Below, piece by piece: positions 1 to 11,067 of a stretch of DNA of 55,063 nucleotides (its first letter is position 1; every line of letters begins with the position of its first letter). The stretch lies in NCBI GenBank assembly GCA_038321985.1, contig JBBQFN010000035.1:1-55063 (forward strand), read 5' to 3'. This DNA is from Cyanophyceae cyanobacterium (GTDB taxonomy: Bacteria; Cyanobacteriota; Cyanobacteriia; Cyanobacteriales; Laspinemataceae). Below the pieces are notes generated by a model. The model did no database searches, was not told where the DNA came from, and saw only the letters and a program-made list of their open reading frames with translations. The position numbers and the translations under genes were made by a program.

Positions 1-300
1 GGACGGGGCGCTCATCCTCACCGCCTCAGAGGACAACACCGCCCGGGTGTGGGACCGCAGCGGCAAGCTCGTGGCGGAACTCACCGGCCATCAGGGTTGG
101 GTCAACAGCGCCAGTTTCAGCCCGGACGGGGAGCGCATCCTCACCGCCTCTTATGACAACACCGCCCGGGTGTGGGACCGCAGCGGCAAGCTGGTGGCGG
201 AACTCACCGGCCATCAGGGTTGGGTCTACAGCGCCAGTTTCAGCCCGGACGGGGAGCGCATCCTCACCACCTCTGATGACAACACCGCCCGGGTGTGGCG
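1..300 (+). repeat. Near-identical 123-bp tandem repeats encoding WD40 units
   Basis: Units start at 1, 124 and 247 (ggacgggg...cagccc) and differ at only a few codons. Confidence 0.95.
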
Positions 301-1105
301 TCTGGGAAGTTTGGATGAGTTGCTGGAGTGGGGGTGCGATTGGCTTGGGGGTTATCTCGTTACCCATCCCAGCGAATTGGACAAGTTAAAAACTTGTCAA
401 ACGCCATCGAATTTGGCAGAGGCAGCAATCTATTTAGTCCGAGAAGGAGAGGAGGAAGCCAGAGAAGGTAAGGTCGATGCGGCAGTGGAGAGATTCCGTA
501 AGGCGTGGGAGTGGAATCCTCAGTTAGATTTTGTCGAACTACAAGCCAAAGCTCAACGATTTGCAGAAGCTTCAGAACGGGTCAAGACAGGTGAGGAACT
601 CGTCGAACAAGGTCAGGGTCAAGCCGCAGTCACTGAATTTCAGCAAGCCTTGAACCTTGATCCTAGCCTCAATTTTCAACCCCTAAAAAAAGCCACCAGC
701 TTGTTAGTTGGCAGAGGTGAAACTCTAGCTAGAGAAGGAAAAGTTAAGGAAGCCATTTCTGCTTATGCAGAGGCCCAAACCCTCGATCCAACTCTTACAA
801 TTTCTCGGTATTCTTGGAATACGCTTTGTTGGAATGGGAGCTTACATGGCTCTCCCCAAGCGGTAATGTTTGCCTGTGAAAAAGCAGTAGAAATCTATCC
901 TAACAATGGCGACTATCGCGATAGTCGCGGCCTAGCGCGGGCGCTAACGGGCAATCCCCAGGGAGCAATTGAGGATTTTCAGGCATATATCGATTCGATT
1001 AATGACCCGGAGGAAAAGTCCCTGCGGCAGGGTTGGATCGACACTTTAAAAGCGGGTCAAAATCCATTCACGGAGGAGGAAATTAAGCAGTTACTAGAAC
1101 AGTAG
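1..1105 (+). CDS. WD40-repeat protein with C-terminal TPR region (5' end outside window)
   Basis: Repeats of LTGHQGWVxSASFSPDGERILTASxDNTARVW, then helical TPR-like repeats (AVTEFQQALNLDP; SRGLARALTGNPQGAIEDFQ). The frame is open from the window edge to the stop at 1103-1105. Confidence 0.9.
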   Translation, partial: DGALILTASEDNTARVWDRSGKLVAELTGHQGWVNSASFSPDGERILTASYDNTARVWDRSGKLVAELTGHQGWVYSASFSPDGERILTTSDDNTARVWRLGSLDELLEWGCDWLGGYLVTHPSELDKLKTCQTPSNLAEAAIYLVREGEEEAREGKVDAAVERFRKAWEWNPQLDFVELQAKAQRFAEASERVKTGEELVEQGQGQAAVTEFQQALNLDPSLNFQPLKKATSLLVGRGETLAREGKVKEAISAYAEAQTLDPTLTISRYSWNTLCWNGSLHGSPQAVMFACEKAVEIYPNNGDYRDSRGLARALTGNPQGAIEDFQAYIDSINDPEEKSLRQGWIDTLKAGQNPFTEEEIKQLLEQ

Positions 1106-1128
1106 AAAGTATTCATTGGGTACGCTGG

Positions 1129-1218
1129 TTCCGCAAGGCGTGGGAGTGGAATGCCGGGTTAGATTTTGATCCAGAAGCTAAGGCGAAGCAGCTTGCAGAG
1201 GAGGGAAATCCAGAATAA
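1129..1218 (+). pseudogene. Orphan alternative C-terminus of the WD40 gene (FRKAWEWNAGLDFDPEAKAKQLAEEGNPE*)
   Basis: DNA and peptide similarity to 494-570 (FRKAWEWNPQLDFVELQAKAQRFAE). It has no start codon and ends in TAA at 1216-1218. Confidence 0.75.
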
Positions 1219-1318
1219 GCGGGTCAGGTTAGTTTTGATATTTGAAGGGTTTGTTTACTCTCAAAATAGACAATCAATTTTAATTTATTCCTCTGATTTT
1301 TACCCAGGAGTTAACCTC

Positions 1319-1534
1319 ATGAAACCTGAACTTTATCAAGAAATTGCTTTGAAAGAAGACTGGGAGGAATTTAATCTGCACCGGGGTGATATTGCTACTT
1401 TAATTGACTATGTACCTTCACCAACCGGAGGTGAAGATGGCGCGATTTTAGAGGTGTTTAATGTCCGGGGAGAATCGATCGCAGTTGTTACGGTTCCAGT
1501 TTCTAGTATTGAGAGTCTCCAGCCTGATGATTGA
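1319..1534 (+). CDS. DUF4926-like small protein
   Basis: MKPELYQEIAL...GDIATLIDYVP...GAILEVFNVRGESIAVVTVP is typical of this family. AGGAG RBS at 1306-1310 precedes the ATG at 1319. Confidence 0.75.
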   Translation: MKPELYQEIALKEDWEEFNLHRGDIATLIDYVPSPTGGEDGAILEVFNVRGESIAVVTVPVSSIESLQPDD

Positions 1535-1600
1535 CGGTCGATTCGTCGGTTAGTCTGGGGGTGATGCTGGGATGGAGTGGGTGGGTTTTGTTGCTTTCGG

Positions 1601-1702
1601 GGGATAACGACTGAAGTCGTTACTACGAACTTGAAGAGGGAACGACTGAAGTCGGGACGTTGAACTTGAAGAGGGATAACGCCTGAAGGCGTTACTACGA
1701 AC
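1601..1702 (-). repeat. Three tandem REP-like palindromes (GTAG-TAACGACT-TC-AGTCGTTA)
   Basis: taacgactgaagtcgttactacgaac, a degenerate middle copy, and taacgcctgaaggcgttactacgaac, separated by ttgaagaggg. Confidence 0.8.
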
Positions 1703-1797
1703 ATCGGGAGAATGAGGGTTGGGGTGGCGCGAAATTTTCGGGTCTGGCGTAAAATAAGCAGAACTGCCCCCACTCTAAAATCTACTCTGTAATATTC

Positions 1798-2394
1798 ATG
1801 ACTCATTCCACTGATGTTCTGACTCTGGCGCGTTGGATGGCGTCGGATTTTAGCAATTTTGACCAGGCGATCGAGAATCCGCCGTTTTTTGCCCATATTC
1901 GGGTCTGTATGCGGCCCCTGCCTTATGAGTTCCTGGATGGGGTCAGTCTCTATTTAGAGCAGGCTTATGATTATATGCTCAATCAGCCCTATCGCGTGCG
2001 GGTGTTGAAGTTGGTCCCGAAGGGCGATCGCATTGAAATCGAAAACTACAAGGTTCAGGATGAACAGAAATTTTACGGTGCCGCGCGCGATCGCCAGCTT
2101 CTACAGTCCCTCACCCCAGACAAGCTAGAAAAAATTCCCGGGTCCAGTTTCCTCACGGAATGGACTGGATCCAGTTTCAAGGGCGAAGTCGAACCGGGAA
2201 AAAGCTGCATTGTGGTTCGCAAGGGTCGCACTACCTATCTGGATAGCACGTTTGAAATTGATGAAAATTTCTTTATTAGTCACGATCGCGGACTGGACCC
2301 CGATACCGATGAGATGGTTTGGGGTTCGGTTGCCGGTCCTTTTGTCTTTAACAAGCGGGTTGCTAGTTTTGCTGATGAGGTGGTTTTGAATTGA
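1798..2394 (+). CDS. cpcT: Phycobiliprotein chromophore lyase, CpcT/CpeT family
   Basis: MTHSTDVLTLARWMASDFSN...PPFFAHIRVCMRPL...SHDRGLDPDTDEMVWGS. Confidence 0.9.
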   Translation: MTHSTDVLTLARWMASDFSNFDQAIENPPFFAHIRVCMRPLPYEFLDGVSLYLEQAYDYMLNQPYRVRVLKLVPKGDRIEIENYKVQDEQKFYGAARDRQLLQSLTPDKLEKIPGSSFLTEWTGSSFKGEVEPGKSCIVVRKGRTTYLDSTFEIDENFFISHDRGLDPDTDEMVWGSVAGPFVFNKRVASFADEVVLN

Positions 2395-2574
2395 GATCGG
2401 GGAGGGTAACCACGGATTTCACGGATTTTCACGGAGGTGATTGGGGAGATGTATCGTCTGAAACCTTGATTCCCTCTAGGATTTTGTGGTGTGGTATTCC
2501 TTAATGCAGATTTTTTGGGAAAATCGCTGAACTCGCGAGATGCAAATATCCCACAGGTGGCACAAACCTGGTAG

Positions 2575-3762
<1,188 letters not shown>

Positions 3763-3801
3763 ACTCCCAGTGCAGCGTCTTACAAGAGTAGGTTTTTTAC
3801 T

Positions 3802-3834
3802 TCCGGTCCCCCTTGCCAAGGGGAGGGAACCGGA
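3802..3834. repeat. Palindromic intergenic repeat (CCCCTTGCCAAGGGGAGGGAACC family)
   Basis: The same core occurs at 34310-34336, with a related copy near 5218-5253. All lie just downstream of genes. Confidence 0.7.
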
Positions 3835-3906
3835 GGTGGAATTAATAGTTAAGGCGAATTTGATGCGAGCGGGATTCTATATATCCTGCTGACATTTCTT
3901 TAAAGG

Positions 3907-3953
3907 AGTGCGAGCTTCTAGCTCGCCAGTCAACACAGCTAGAAACTCGCACT
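3907..3953. repeat. REP-doublet-like inverted repeat
   Basis: agtgcgagcttctagct...agctagaaactcgcact gives 17-bp arms with one mismatch. The left arm is itself palindromic (gcgagcttctagctcgc). Confidence 0.65.
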
Positions 3954-4030
3954 ATCATTCATTTACCCATTGAAAATGCTGAAGTTGCTCAGAGGCTGAC
4001 CTAAAACCCTTGCGTAACTAACATATTGAT

Positions 4031-5164
4031 ATGAGAATTGCCCTTTTTACCGAAACCTTTTATCCCAAAGTTGATGGCATTGTCACCCGACTGTGCCGCA
4101 CCGTCGAACAACTGCAACGTGCAGGAGATCAGGTACTTGTCTTTTCTCCCGACTACGGCATTACCGAATATAAAGGAGCCGAAGTTTACGGCGTGACTGG
4201 GTATCCCTTACCCCTCTATCCTGAACTCAAATTAGCCTTTCCCTCCCCTTCCTTACGGCGCAAACTTGATGCCTTTAATCCTGATTTAATTCATGTCGTC
4301 AACCCCGCTGTTTTAGGAGTCGGGGGAATTTACTACGCCAAAAGTCTGAAAATTCCCTTAGTCGCCTCCTACCATACTCACCTGCCAAAATATTTGCAAC
4401 ATTATGGGTTAGCAGTGCTAGAACCCCTCCTCTGGGAACTGCTCAAAGCCGCTCATAATCAGGCCGAGTTGAACTTGTGCACCTCAATGGCAATGGTGGA
4501 AGAATTGCGAAATCATGACATTGAACGGGTGGATTTGTGGCAGCGTGGGGTAGATACGGAGTTATTTCAACCCCATTTAGCCAGTCGAGAAATGCGGAGT
4601 CGCCTTAGTCAAGGAAATCCCGACAGTCCCCTGCTGCTGTATGTGGGACGACTCGGTGCCGAGAAAGAAATCGATCGCATTAAACCCGTCCTAGAAGCGA
4701 TTCCCAATGCCAGATTAGCCTTAGTCGGTGATGGACCCACCCGACAACAACTGGAACAACATTTTGCCGGTACTCCCACCCATTTTGTCGGCTATTTACA
4801 TGGAGAAGAATTAGCCAGCGCCTTCGCCTCTGCGGATGCCTTTATTTTTCCTTCGCGAACAGAAACCCTGGGTTTAGTGCTGTTAGAAGCAATGGCAGCA
4901 GGTTGTCCCGTGGTTGCTGCTGCCAGAGGCGGGATTTTGGATATCGTCACCGATGGAGTCAACGGATACTTGTTTGATCCCGATGAGGAAAACGGTGCGA
5001 TCGCTGCTACCCAACGTCTCCTCGCCAACCAAATCGAACGCCAATCCCTCCGCCAAAATGCTCGCAAAGAAGCCGAACAATGGGGATGGCAAGCGGCAAC
5101 GGCACAACTACGACGCTATTACCAAACCATCCTAGATTCGGGTCGTTTGCCTCTAGCTGCCTAA
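4031..5164 (+). CDS. sqdX: Sulfoquinovosyldiacylglycerol synthase (GT4 glycosyltransferase)
   Basis: MRIALFTETFYPKVDGIVTRL, ASYHTHLPKY, FPSRTETLGLVLLEAMAAG. Follows sqdB. Confidence 0.95.
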   Translation: MRIALFTETFYPKVDGIVTRLCRTVEQLQRAGDQVLVFSPDYGITEYKGAEVYGVTGYPLPLYPELKLAFPSPSLRRKLDAFNPDLIHVVNPAVLGVGGIYYAKSLKIPLVASYHTHLPKYLQHYGLAVLEPLLWELLKAAHNQAELNLCTSMAMVEELRNHDIERVDLWQRGVDTELFQPHLASREMRSRLSQGNPDSPLLLYVGRLGAEKEIDRIKPVLEAIPNARLALVGDGPTRQQLEQHFAGTPTHFVGYLHGEELASAFASADAFIFPSRTETLGLVLLEAMAAGCPVVAAARGGILDIVTDGVNGYLFDPDEENGAIAATQRLLANQIERQSLRQNARKEAEQWGWQAATAQLRRYYQTILDSGRLPLAA

Positions 5165-5409
5165 TGGGGATGGGTTTTTTACATTTATGGTGAGTGACCC
5201 TACGATTAACTGCTCTTCCGGTCCCCTCCCCAAGGCATCAGGAAGGGTTAGGGTGGGGTAGTTCATCGGAAGGTCAATCACCATGAGCATAAAAACCCTA
5301 CCGTTGTCAGTTTCTCCTATCTCCCCCATCTCGGCAATCTCCCCACATTTCCCGGGGGTAGCGTACCATAGAGATCAGGAAAATCTGAGCCGGTAAGCGT
5401 TGATAAAAC

Positions 5410-7983
5410 ATGACATTTTCAGGCACTGGTAGCGTTCTAGCGGCTTTAACCCGGGTGGGTCGCATGGGGGAGTTGACCCGCCGGGTCAAGGATATGCAGG
5501 TTGGCGAATTTGTCTGCATCCTTGATTTTATTACGGCGGAATTTCAGCAATGTCTGCTTGCCATTGACCTGATTAATAATGAAGCGCTGGAAATCCTTTT
5601 AGAACAACTCCTGGATGCCTTCACCCTCAAAATTAGTCAAATTCTACAAGCGGAACGCACGACTATTTTTTTAATTGATCAGGAAAAAGAGCAACTCTGG
5701 TCAAAAATTAGCCAAGATGAAACCGGGAAAAGTACCGAAATCCGATTACCTATTCATATCGGGATTCTCGGTCATGTTGCCTGCAATGGGGAAAGTGTCA
5801 ATATTGCCGATGTTCGCAATCATCCCTTATTCCAATCTGAAGTAGACGAACCTCCTGGATGTGACCCCCGAAACCTGCTCTGTGAGCCAATTTTTAGCAG
5901 CAAAGACACTGATCGCGTGGTTGCTGTTGTCCAGGTCCTCAATAAAATGTCTGAGGTGCCTTTCAACCGCGAAGATCAGCTTCAATTTGCCGGATTTGCC
6001 TCTTCTATTGCCATTATTCTTGAAAGCTGTCAGTCCTTTTATGTGGCGGCTAGAAACCAGCGCGGGGTCAGTGCGTTACTCGAAGCTACGACAACTTTAG
6101 GCCAAAGTCTAGACCTAGAAACTACGTTGCGCGCTGTCATGGACCGCGCCAAAGATTTAATGCAGGCCGATCGCAGTACCTTATTTTTACTCAGCAAAGA
6201 AACCGGCCAACTCTGGACCAAAGTCGCCAAAGCTGATGGTAAAACAATGGTAGAAATTCGCATTCCTGCCAATCGCGGGATTGCTGGTTATGTCGCTTCC
6301 ACGGGTCAAACGCTTAATATTCACGATGCCTATCTTGACCCTCGGTTTGACCCGACGACAGACCGCAAAACGGGATATCAAACTGCTACAATTCTTTGTA
6401 TGCCAGTTTATAATGCTTCCGGGGAATTAATCGGCGTAACTCAACTGATTAATAAACATAAGGGAAGTTTTAATTCATCGGATGAGGCATTTTTACGGGC
6501 TTTTAACGCTCAAGCCGGAATCGCTTTACAAAACGCGCAACTGTTCGAGAGTGTGTTGCTGGAAAAACAATATCAAAAAGACATTTTAGAAAGCCTTTCC
6601 GATGCGGTAATTTCTACCAATATGGAAGGGCAAATTGTCACCATTAATGAAGCCGCTTTAGAACTGTTGGGATGTCCGATTCAGAAGGATGACCGCAAAG
6701 AAAGCGATCGCCAGTTTCAAATTCAACGGGAAAATAAGCAAAAACTGCTGTTATGGCAGCAAAAATTACAAGGGCGCTCTGTCTGGGAAGTTGTACCCAT
6801 TGAGCATCTGAGATTCCGCTTAGAAGATTCTTTACGCAATGCCGCCCGCCATTTTGTCCCGGAACAAAGTTTAACCATTGGGTTAGTTAAGTTGGAGGAA
6901 ACTAAAATAGAAAGTGCAATTTTGGTAATTTGCGATCGCGCTAACCCCGAATTTTATATCCCCTGGAATGAGACGGACCCAGATATAAAATACCCCAAAA
7001 GTCAAGTTAAAGAAATCGAACGGAGTCTCAACCTCACCGTCAACCCCTTGACTAACCCTGAAGGCGGTGTACGGGGTGGATTAGTTGTGTTAGAAGACAT
7101 CAGCCGCGAAAAACGGATGAAAACTACTATGTATCGCTACATGACTCCTGGAGTGGCGGAACGAGTCATGGCATTAGGGGAAGATGCCTTAATGGTGGGA
7201 GAACGTAAAGAAGTCACTATTTTATTCTCAGATATTCGAGGTTATACAACCCTGACGGAGAACCTAGAAGCATCCGAAGTGGTATCGCTTTTGAATAACT
7301 ATTTTGAGACAATGGTAGAAGCCGTTTTTAACTATGATGGCACTTTAGATAAATTTATTGGGGATGCGTTAATGGCCGTATTTGGCGCACCCTTACCCCT
7401 GAAAGAACACGCTTGGAAAGCGGTACAATCTGCCTTGGATATGCGTCGTCGCTTGGCTGAATTTAACCGTCACCAAAAAGAGCATACTATTCGTATCGGG
7501 ATTGGAATTAGTTCCGGGGAAGTTGTTTCCGGAAATATTGGCAGTCAAAAGCGGATGGATTATACCGTGATTGGGGATGGGGTGAATTTAAGTGCACGCT
7601 TAGAAAGCGTGACTAAGGAATATAAATGTGATATTATTATTAGCGAATTTACTTATCAACTCTGTAGCGATCGCATTTGGGTGCGTGAGTTAGATAAGAT
7701 TCGGGTCAAGGGGAAAAATCAAGCGGTAGGAATTTATGAATTAATCGGCGATCGCAAGACTCCCCTCAATTCTGAAAAAGAAAAATTCTTGGAATTTTAC
7801 CACGCTGGACGTGCGGCTTATGTCTCCAGGAACTTCCCAGACTCTATTAACCTATTTCAATTGGCTGGAAAAATTTATCCCGAAGACCAAGCGGTACAGA
7901 TTCACATTCAAAGAGCGCAAGATTACATCAATACACCACCGCCAGAGGATTGGGATGGTGTACATACGATGACGACGAAATGA
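5410..7983 (+). CDS. cyaB: Class III adenylate cyclase, GAF-GAF-PAS-cyclase (CyaB1-like)
   Basis: Two GAF domains (ADRSTLFL...NK...F...D), a PAS segment, and cyclase motifs ILFSDIRGYT, DKFIGDALMAVFGAP, DYTVIGDGVNLSARLE. Confidence 0.92.
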   Translation: MTFSGTGSVLAALTRVGRMGELTRRVKDMQVGEFVCILDFITAEFQQCLLAIDLINNEALEILLEQLLDAFTLKISQILQAERTTIFLIDQEKEQLWSKISQDETGKSTEIRLPIHIGILGHVACNGESVNIADVRNHPLFQSEVDEPPGCDPRNLLCEPIFSSKDTDRVVAVVQVLNKMSEVPFNREDQLQFAGFASSIAIILESCQSFYVAARNQRGVSALLEATTTLGQSLDLETTLRAVMDRAKDLMQADRSTLFLLSKETGQLWTKVAKADGKTMVEIRIPANRGIAGYVASTGQTLNIHDAYLDPRFDPTTDRKTGYQTATILCMPVYNASGELIGVTQLINKHKGSFNSSDEAFLRAFNAQAGIALQNAQLFESVLLEKQYQKDILESLSDAVISTNMEGQIVTINEAALELLGCPIQKDDRKESDRQFQIQRENKQKLLLWQQKLQGRSVWEVVPIEHLRFRLEDSLRNAARHFVPEQSLTIGLVKLEETKIESAILVICDRANPEFYIPWNETDPDIKYPKSQVKEIERSLNLTVNPLTNPEGGVRGGLVVLEDISREKRMKTTMYRYMTPGVAERVMALGEDALMVGERKEVTILFSDIRGYTTLTENLEASEVVSLLNNYFETMVEAVFNYDGTLDKFIGDALMAVFGAPLPLKEHAWKAVQSALDMRRRLAEFNRHQKEHTIRIGIGISSGEVVSGNIGSQKRMDYTVIGDGVNLSARLESVTKEYKCDIIISEFTYQLCSDRIWVRELDKIRVKGKNQAVGIYELIGDRKTPLNSEKEKFLEFYHAGRAAYVSRNFPDSINLFQLAGKIYPEDQAVQIHIQRAQDYINTPPPEDWDGVHTMTTK

Positions 7984-7995
7984 AGAAATTTTTCC

Positions 7996-8817
7996 TCATT
8001 TCAAGGAACTTTCATGCCATCCTCCTAAGACAAAATCAGAGAAGCGGGATAAGGCGACAAAAATGATAATTCCCAAAATAGTAACCATGAATAAGGCTGC
8101 AAACATTCTGGGAATTTGGAGATTGTAACTGGCAATTAACATTTGATAGGCGATTCCCGAATTAGCACCCCCAGTCCCGGCGACAAATTCAGCCACCACC
8201 GCACCAATTAAGGCTAATCCTCCACTAATTCTTAATCCGGACAAGAAGTAAGGTAAGGCACTAGGAAGGCGTAAATATAACAGGGTTTGCCACCGGGAGG
8301 CTTTGTAGAGTCGAAATAAATCTCTTAAATTGGGGTCGAGACTGTTTAGGCCAAAGGTGCTATTAGAAATAATGGGAAATAAGGCGACAATCCAGGCACA
8401 AATGACCAAGGCTGCAAAAATATCATTTTTGAACCAGATAATAATTAAGGGGGCGATCGCCGCAATCGGAGTGGTTTGCAAGATAATCGCGTAAGGATAC
8501 AAGCTCTTTTCTATCCACTTACTTTGCGACATTAATACCGCTAACAATAATCCGGAAACAGCCGCGGTAAAAAAGGCAACTACGGTAATTTTAAAAGTGG
8601 TAATTAAGGCGGGAAATAAAATATTCCAATCGATGATTAGGGTTTTAAATATCAGTAGGGGGGCGGGTAAAAGGTAGGGAGGCGTTTCGGTGACGCGCAC
8701 CCCAATTTCCCAAGTCATTAATACGGCGATTCCGACTAACACGGGGGCAATTGTATCGAGGGAAATCCAATGTCTCCACTTAATTTTTTCCAAAAACAAG
8801 GCTATATCTTTTTTCAT
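7996..8817 (-). CDS. ABC transporter permease (NitT/TauT family)
   Basis: Multiple TM helices, LRLPSALPYFLSGLRISGGLALIGAVVAEF. Confidence 0.92.
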   Translation of the reverse strand: MKKDIALFLEKIKWRHWISLDTIAPVLVGIAVLMTWEIGVRVTETPPYLLPAPLLIFKTLIIDWNILFPALITTFKITVVAFFTAAVSGLLLAVLMSQSKWIEKSLYPYAIILQTTPIAAIAPLIIIWFKNDIFAALVICAWIVALFPIISNSTFGLNSLDPNLRDLFRLYKASRWQTLLYLRLPSALPYFLSGLRISGGLALIGAVVAEFVAGTGGANSGIAYQMLIASYNLQIPRMFAALFMVTILGIIIFVALSRFSDFVLGGWHESSLK

Positions 8818-8982
8818 GCGGTTTTGTCAAAAAGGGGAGATAATTTATGTTTATTGTAGCGCGATCGCCTTCTAATCTGGACAAAAAAATCCAGCGCTAT
8901 TATTTTGATGGGGGTGGGGACTGGCTTTTGGGGCTCCATAGCAGGATTCACGGGCCGGGTGAAATTGCCATCATTTCTGTAA

Positions 8983-9774
8983 TTATTGTACCGAGGAACG
9001 GGGAACTTTAATCGGCGATCGCTCCATTGTTTGAGATAGCGCGCTTGCCACTTCCCTGCAATATTTCAGATAAACCTCACTGGTGCGAAAATCTTCGGTT
9101 CGGGGTAAGGGTTCATCAATCTTAATATCAGCAACGATTCGCCCTGGACGCGCGGCCATTACTACCACGCGCTTTGATAAATAAACCGCTTCGTAAATAT
9201 TATGGGTCACAAACAGCACCGTGGGGCGCTGTTGATCCCATAAAGAAATTAATTCATCATTCAGGTTTGTACGGGTGATATCATCCAAGGCTCCAAATGG
9301 TTCATCCATCAGTAGAACCTGGGGTTCAGTGATGATAGATCGAGCAATTGAAACCCGCATTTTCATCCCCCCTGAAAGCTGCCGAGGATACGCTTTTGCA
9401 AAGTTTTCGAGTCCGACTAATGCCAGGGTTTTATCCACAGTGGCATCGGCGATTTTTTTCGGGACTCCTGCTAATTTTAGAGGCAAGCGAACGTTATCTC
9501 TAACCGTTGACCAAGGCATTAATGCGGGTTCTTGGAACACAAACGCAATTTGTTCTTTTAAGGCGCGATCGCTCCAGACAATCTCACCCGTACTCTTATC
9601 GGTGAGTCCGGCAATAATTCGCAGCAGCGTACTTTTTCCGCATCCCGACGCACCGACCAAACTCACAAAATCCGAGGGATTCACCGTCAGATTGACATCT
9701 TCTAAAGCAACAACACCATTGTTGAAAACCTTGCTAACATGAGTAATAGCGATCGCCGGTTCAGTGTTCATCAT
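8983..9774 (-). CDS. ABC transporter ATP-binding protein (NitT/TauT family)
   Basis: Walker A GASGCGKST, signature LSGGMKMR, Walker B LLMDEPF. Confidence 0.95.
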   Translation of the reverse strand: MMNTEPAIAITHVSKVFNNGVVALEDVNLTVNPSDFVSLVGASGCGKSTLLRIIAGLTDKSTGEIVWSDRALKEQIAFVFQEPALMPWSTVRDNVRLPLKLAGVPKKIADATVDKTLALVGLENFAKAYPRQLSGGMKMRVSIARSIITEPQVLLMDEPFGALDDITRTNLNDELISLWDQQRPTVLFVTHNIYEAVYLSKRVVVMAARPGRIVADIKIDEPLPRTEDFRTSEVYLKYCREVASALSQTMERSPIKVPRSSVQ

Positions 9775-9955
9775 TTCTCCCTAACTTATTAACGGGTGTC
9801 TGGAGTCATTTGGGGGAACTGATCCCCGCTTCAGGGAAAGACTGGATTAATTCAAAAAAAGCTCCCTTACAACCCAGTTTTTTAGATAAAGTTTTAAGCA
9901 GCTCTCTCCGTAAAACTACTTAAAATTATCAAAAATTTTCTGAGTTTGGGACGAT

Positions 9956-11029
9956 TTAAGACTGGTAATAATCTACTCCCTTATTGATGAAATCTAAAGT
10001 ATAGGCATTTTTGTAGTTCGTTTTAGCATCTAAAACTCCCACGTCCAATAACTGGTCGTATAAAGTTTTCCAGCGGTCTTCTGTCATGGCACCGATGCCT
10101 AAAGTGTTAGCATCTCCAGAGGCGATCGCCTCATATTCTTCTATCTTTTCCAAAGCAAAAGCAATCAAATCATCCGTCATTTCCGGATTATCTTTTTGGA
10201 TTAACTCATTCCCTAACCCTGGATTTGCCAAATAGCTATACCATCCCTTAATAGACGCATCCATAAACCGTTGCACCAAGTCAGGATTTGTTTCTACTAA
10301 TTTATTGGTAGTTTCTATCGTAAAATTATAAGGATTTAATCCTGTTTGCTTGAGAGGGAATATAACCGGCTTAAACCCTCCTACCTGTTCAATAAGATAA
10401 GGTTCTGACGTTAAAATTCCCTGTTGAGCAGAATTTTTATCGACTAAAAATGGGGTGACATTGAAATTATAAGGCCGTTGTTGTTCGGGAGTATAACCAT
10501 ACTGTTTCTCCAGCAACGGCCAATAGATAATACTGAGTCCCGGGGTAATAAAAATTGTTTTTCCCTTAAGGTCCGCTAAAGAGTCATTGCCGACCCCAGG
10601 ATGAGCTAGTAAGACTTGAATTTCTTCTTGAAAAATGGCCCCTATTGTAACTTTAGGAATCCCTTGTTGAACCGCTTGTAAAGCATTAACCCCTTGCCCA
10701 ATTGCAAAATCCATTAATCCCCCCATTAACATTTGAGTGACATTTCCTTGGGGGGGGAGGGGTTGAATTTCTACTTCTAATCCATAGTCTCGGTAAATCC
10801 CTGTAGCAACCGCTTGATAAAAACCACCATACTCAGCTTCTGCTTTCCAATTCAGTCCCAATTTGACGCGATCCAGGTTCCCATTACTTGGAGAACTTGA
10901 TTGATTAGAATTGGAATTAGTACAAGCTGTTAGAAGGCCAGTTCCTAGGGTGAGTCCACTAATTTTAATAAATTGGCGACGATTTAGGTTAGAGAATTTA
11001 AACATTAGCTTAACGGTATAGATGGACAT
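9956..11029 (-). CDS. ABC transporter substrate-binding lipoprotein, NMT1/THI5-like, Tat signal
   Basis: NRRQFIK twin-arginine motif, LLTAC lipobox, LNWKAEAEYGGFYQAVATG. The true start may be a few codons downstream. Confidence 0.88.
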   Translation of the reverse strand: MSIYTVKLMFKFSNLNRRQFIKISGLTLGTGLLTACTNSNSNQSSSPSNGNLDRVKLGLNWKAEAEYGGFYQAVATGIYRDYGLEVEIQPLPPQGNVTQMLMGGLMDFAIGQGVNALQAVQQGIPKVTIGAIFQEEIQVLLAHPGVGNDSLADLKGKTIFITPGLSIIYWPLLEKQYGYTPEQQRPYNFNVTPFLVDKNSAQQGILTSEPYLIEQVGGFKPVIFPLKQTGLNPYNFTIETTNKLVETNPDLVQRFMDASIKGWYSYLANPGLGNELIQKDNPEMTDDLIAFALEKIEEYEAIASGDANTLGIGAMTEDRWKTLYDQLLDVGVLDAKTNYKNAYTLDFINKGVDYYQS

Positions 11030-11067
11030 TATATAGCTCGTCTAAATCATGCTGACCATCAAATTAA

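Noticed and set aside
2410..2436. cacggatt repeated three times after cpcT
   Set aside because: An ordinary short tandem repeat of the kind common after genes in filamentous cyanobacteria.
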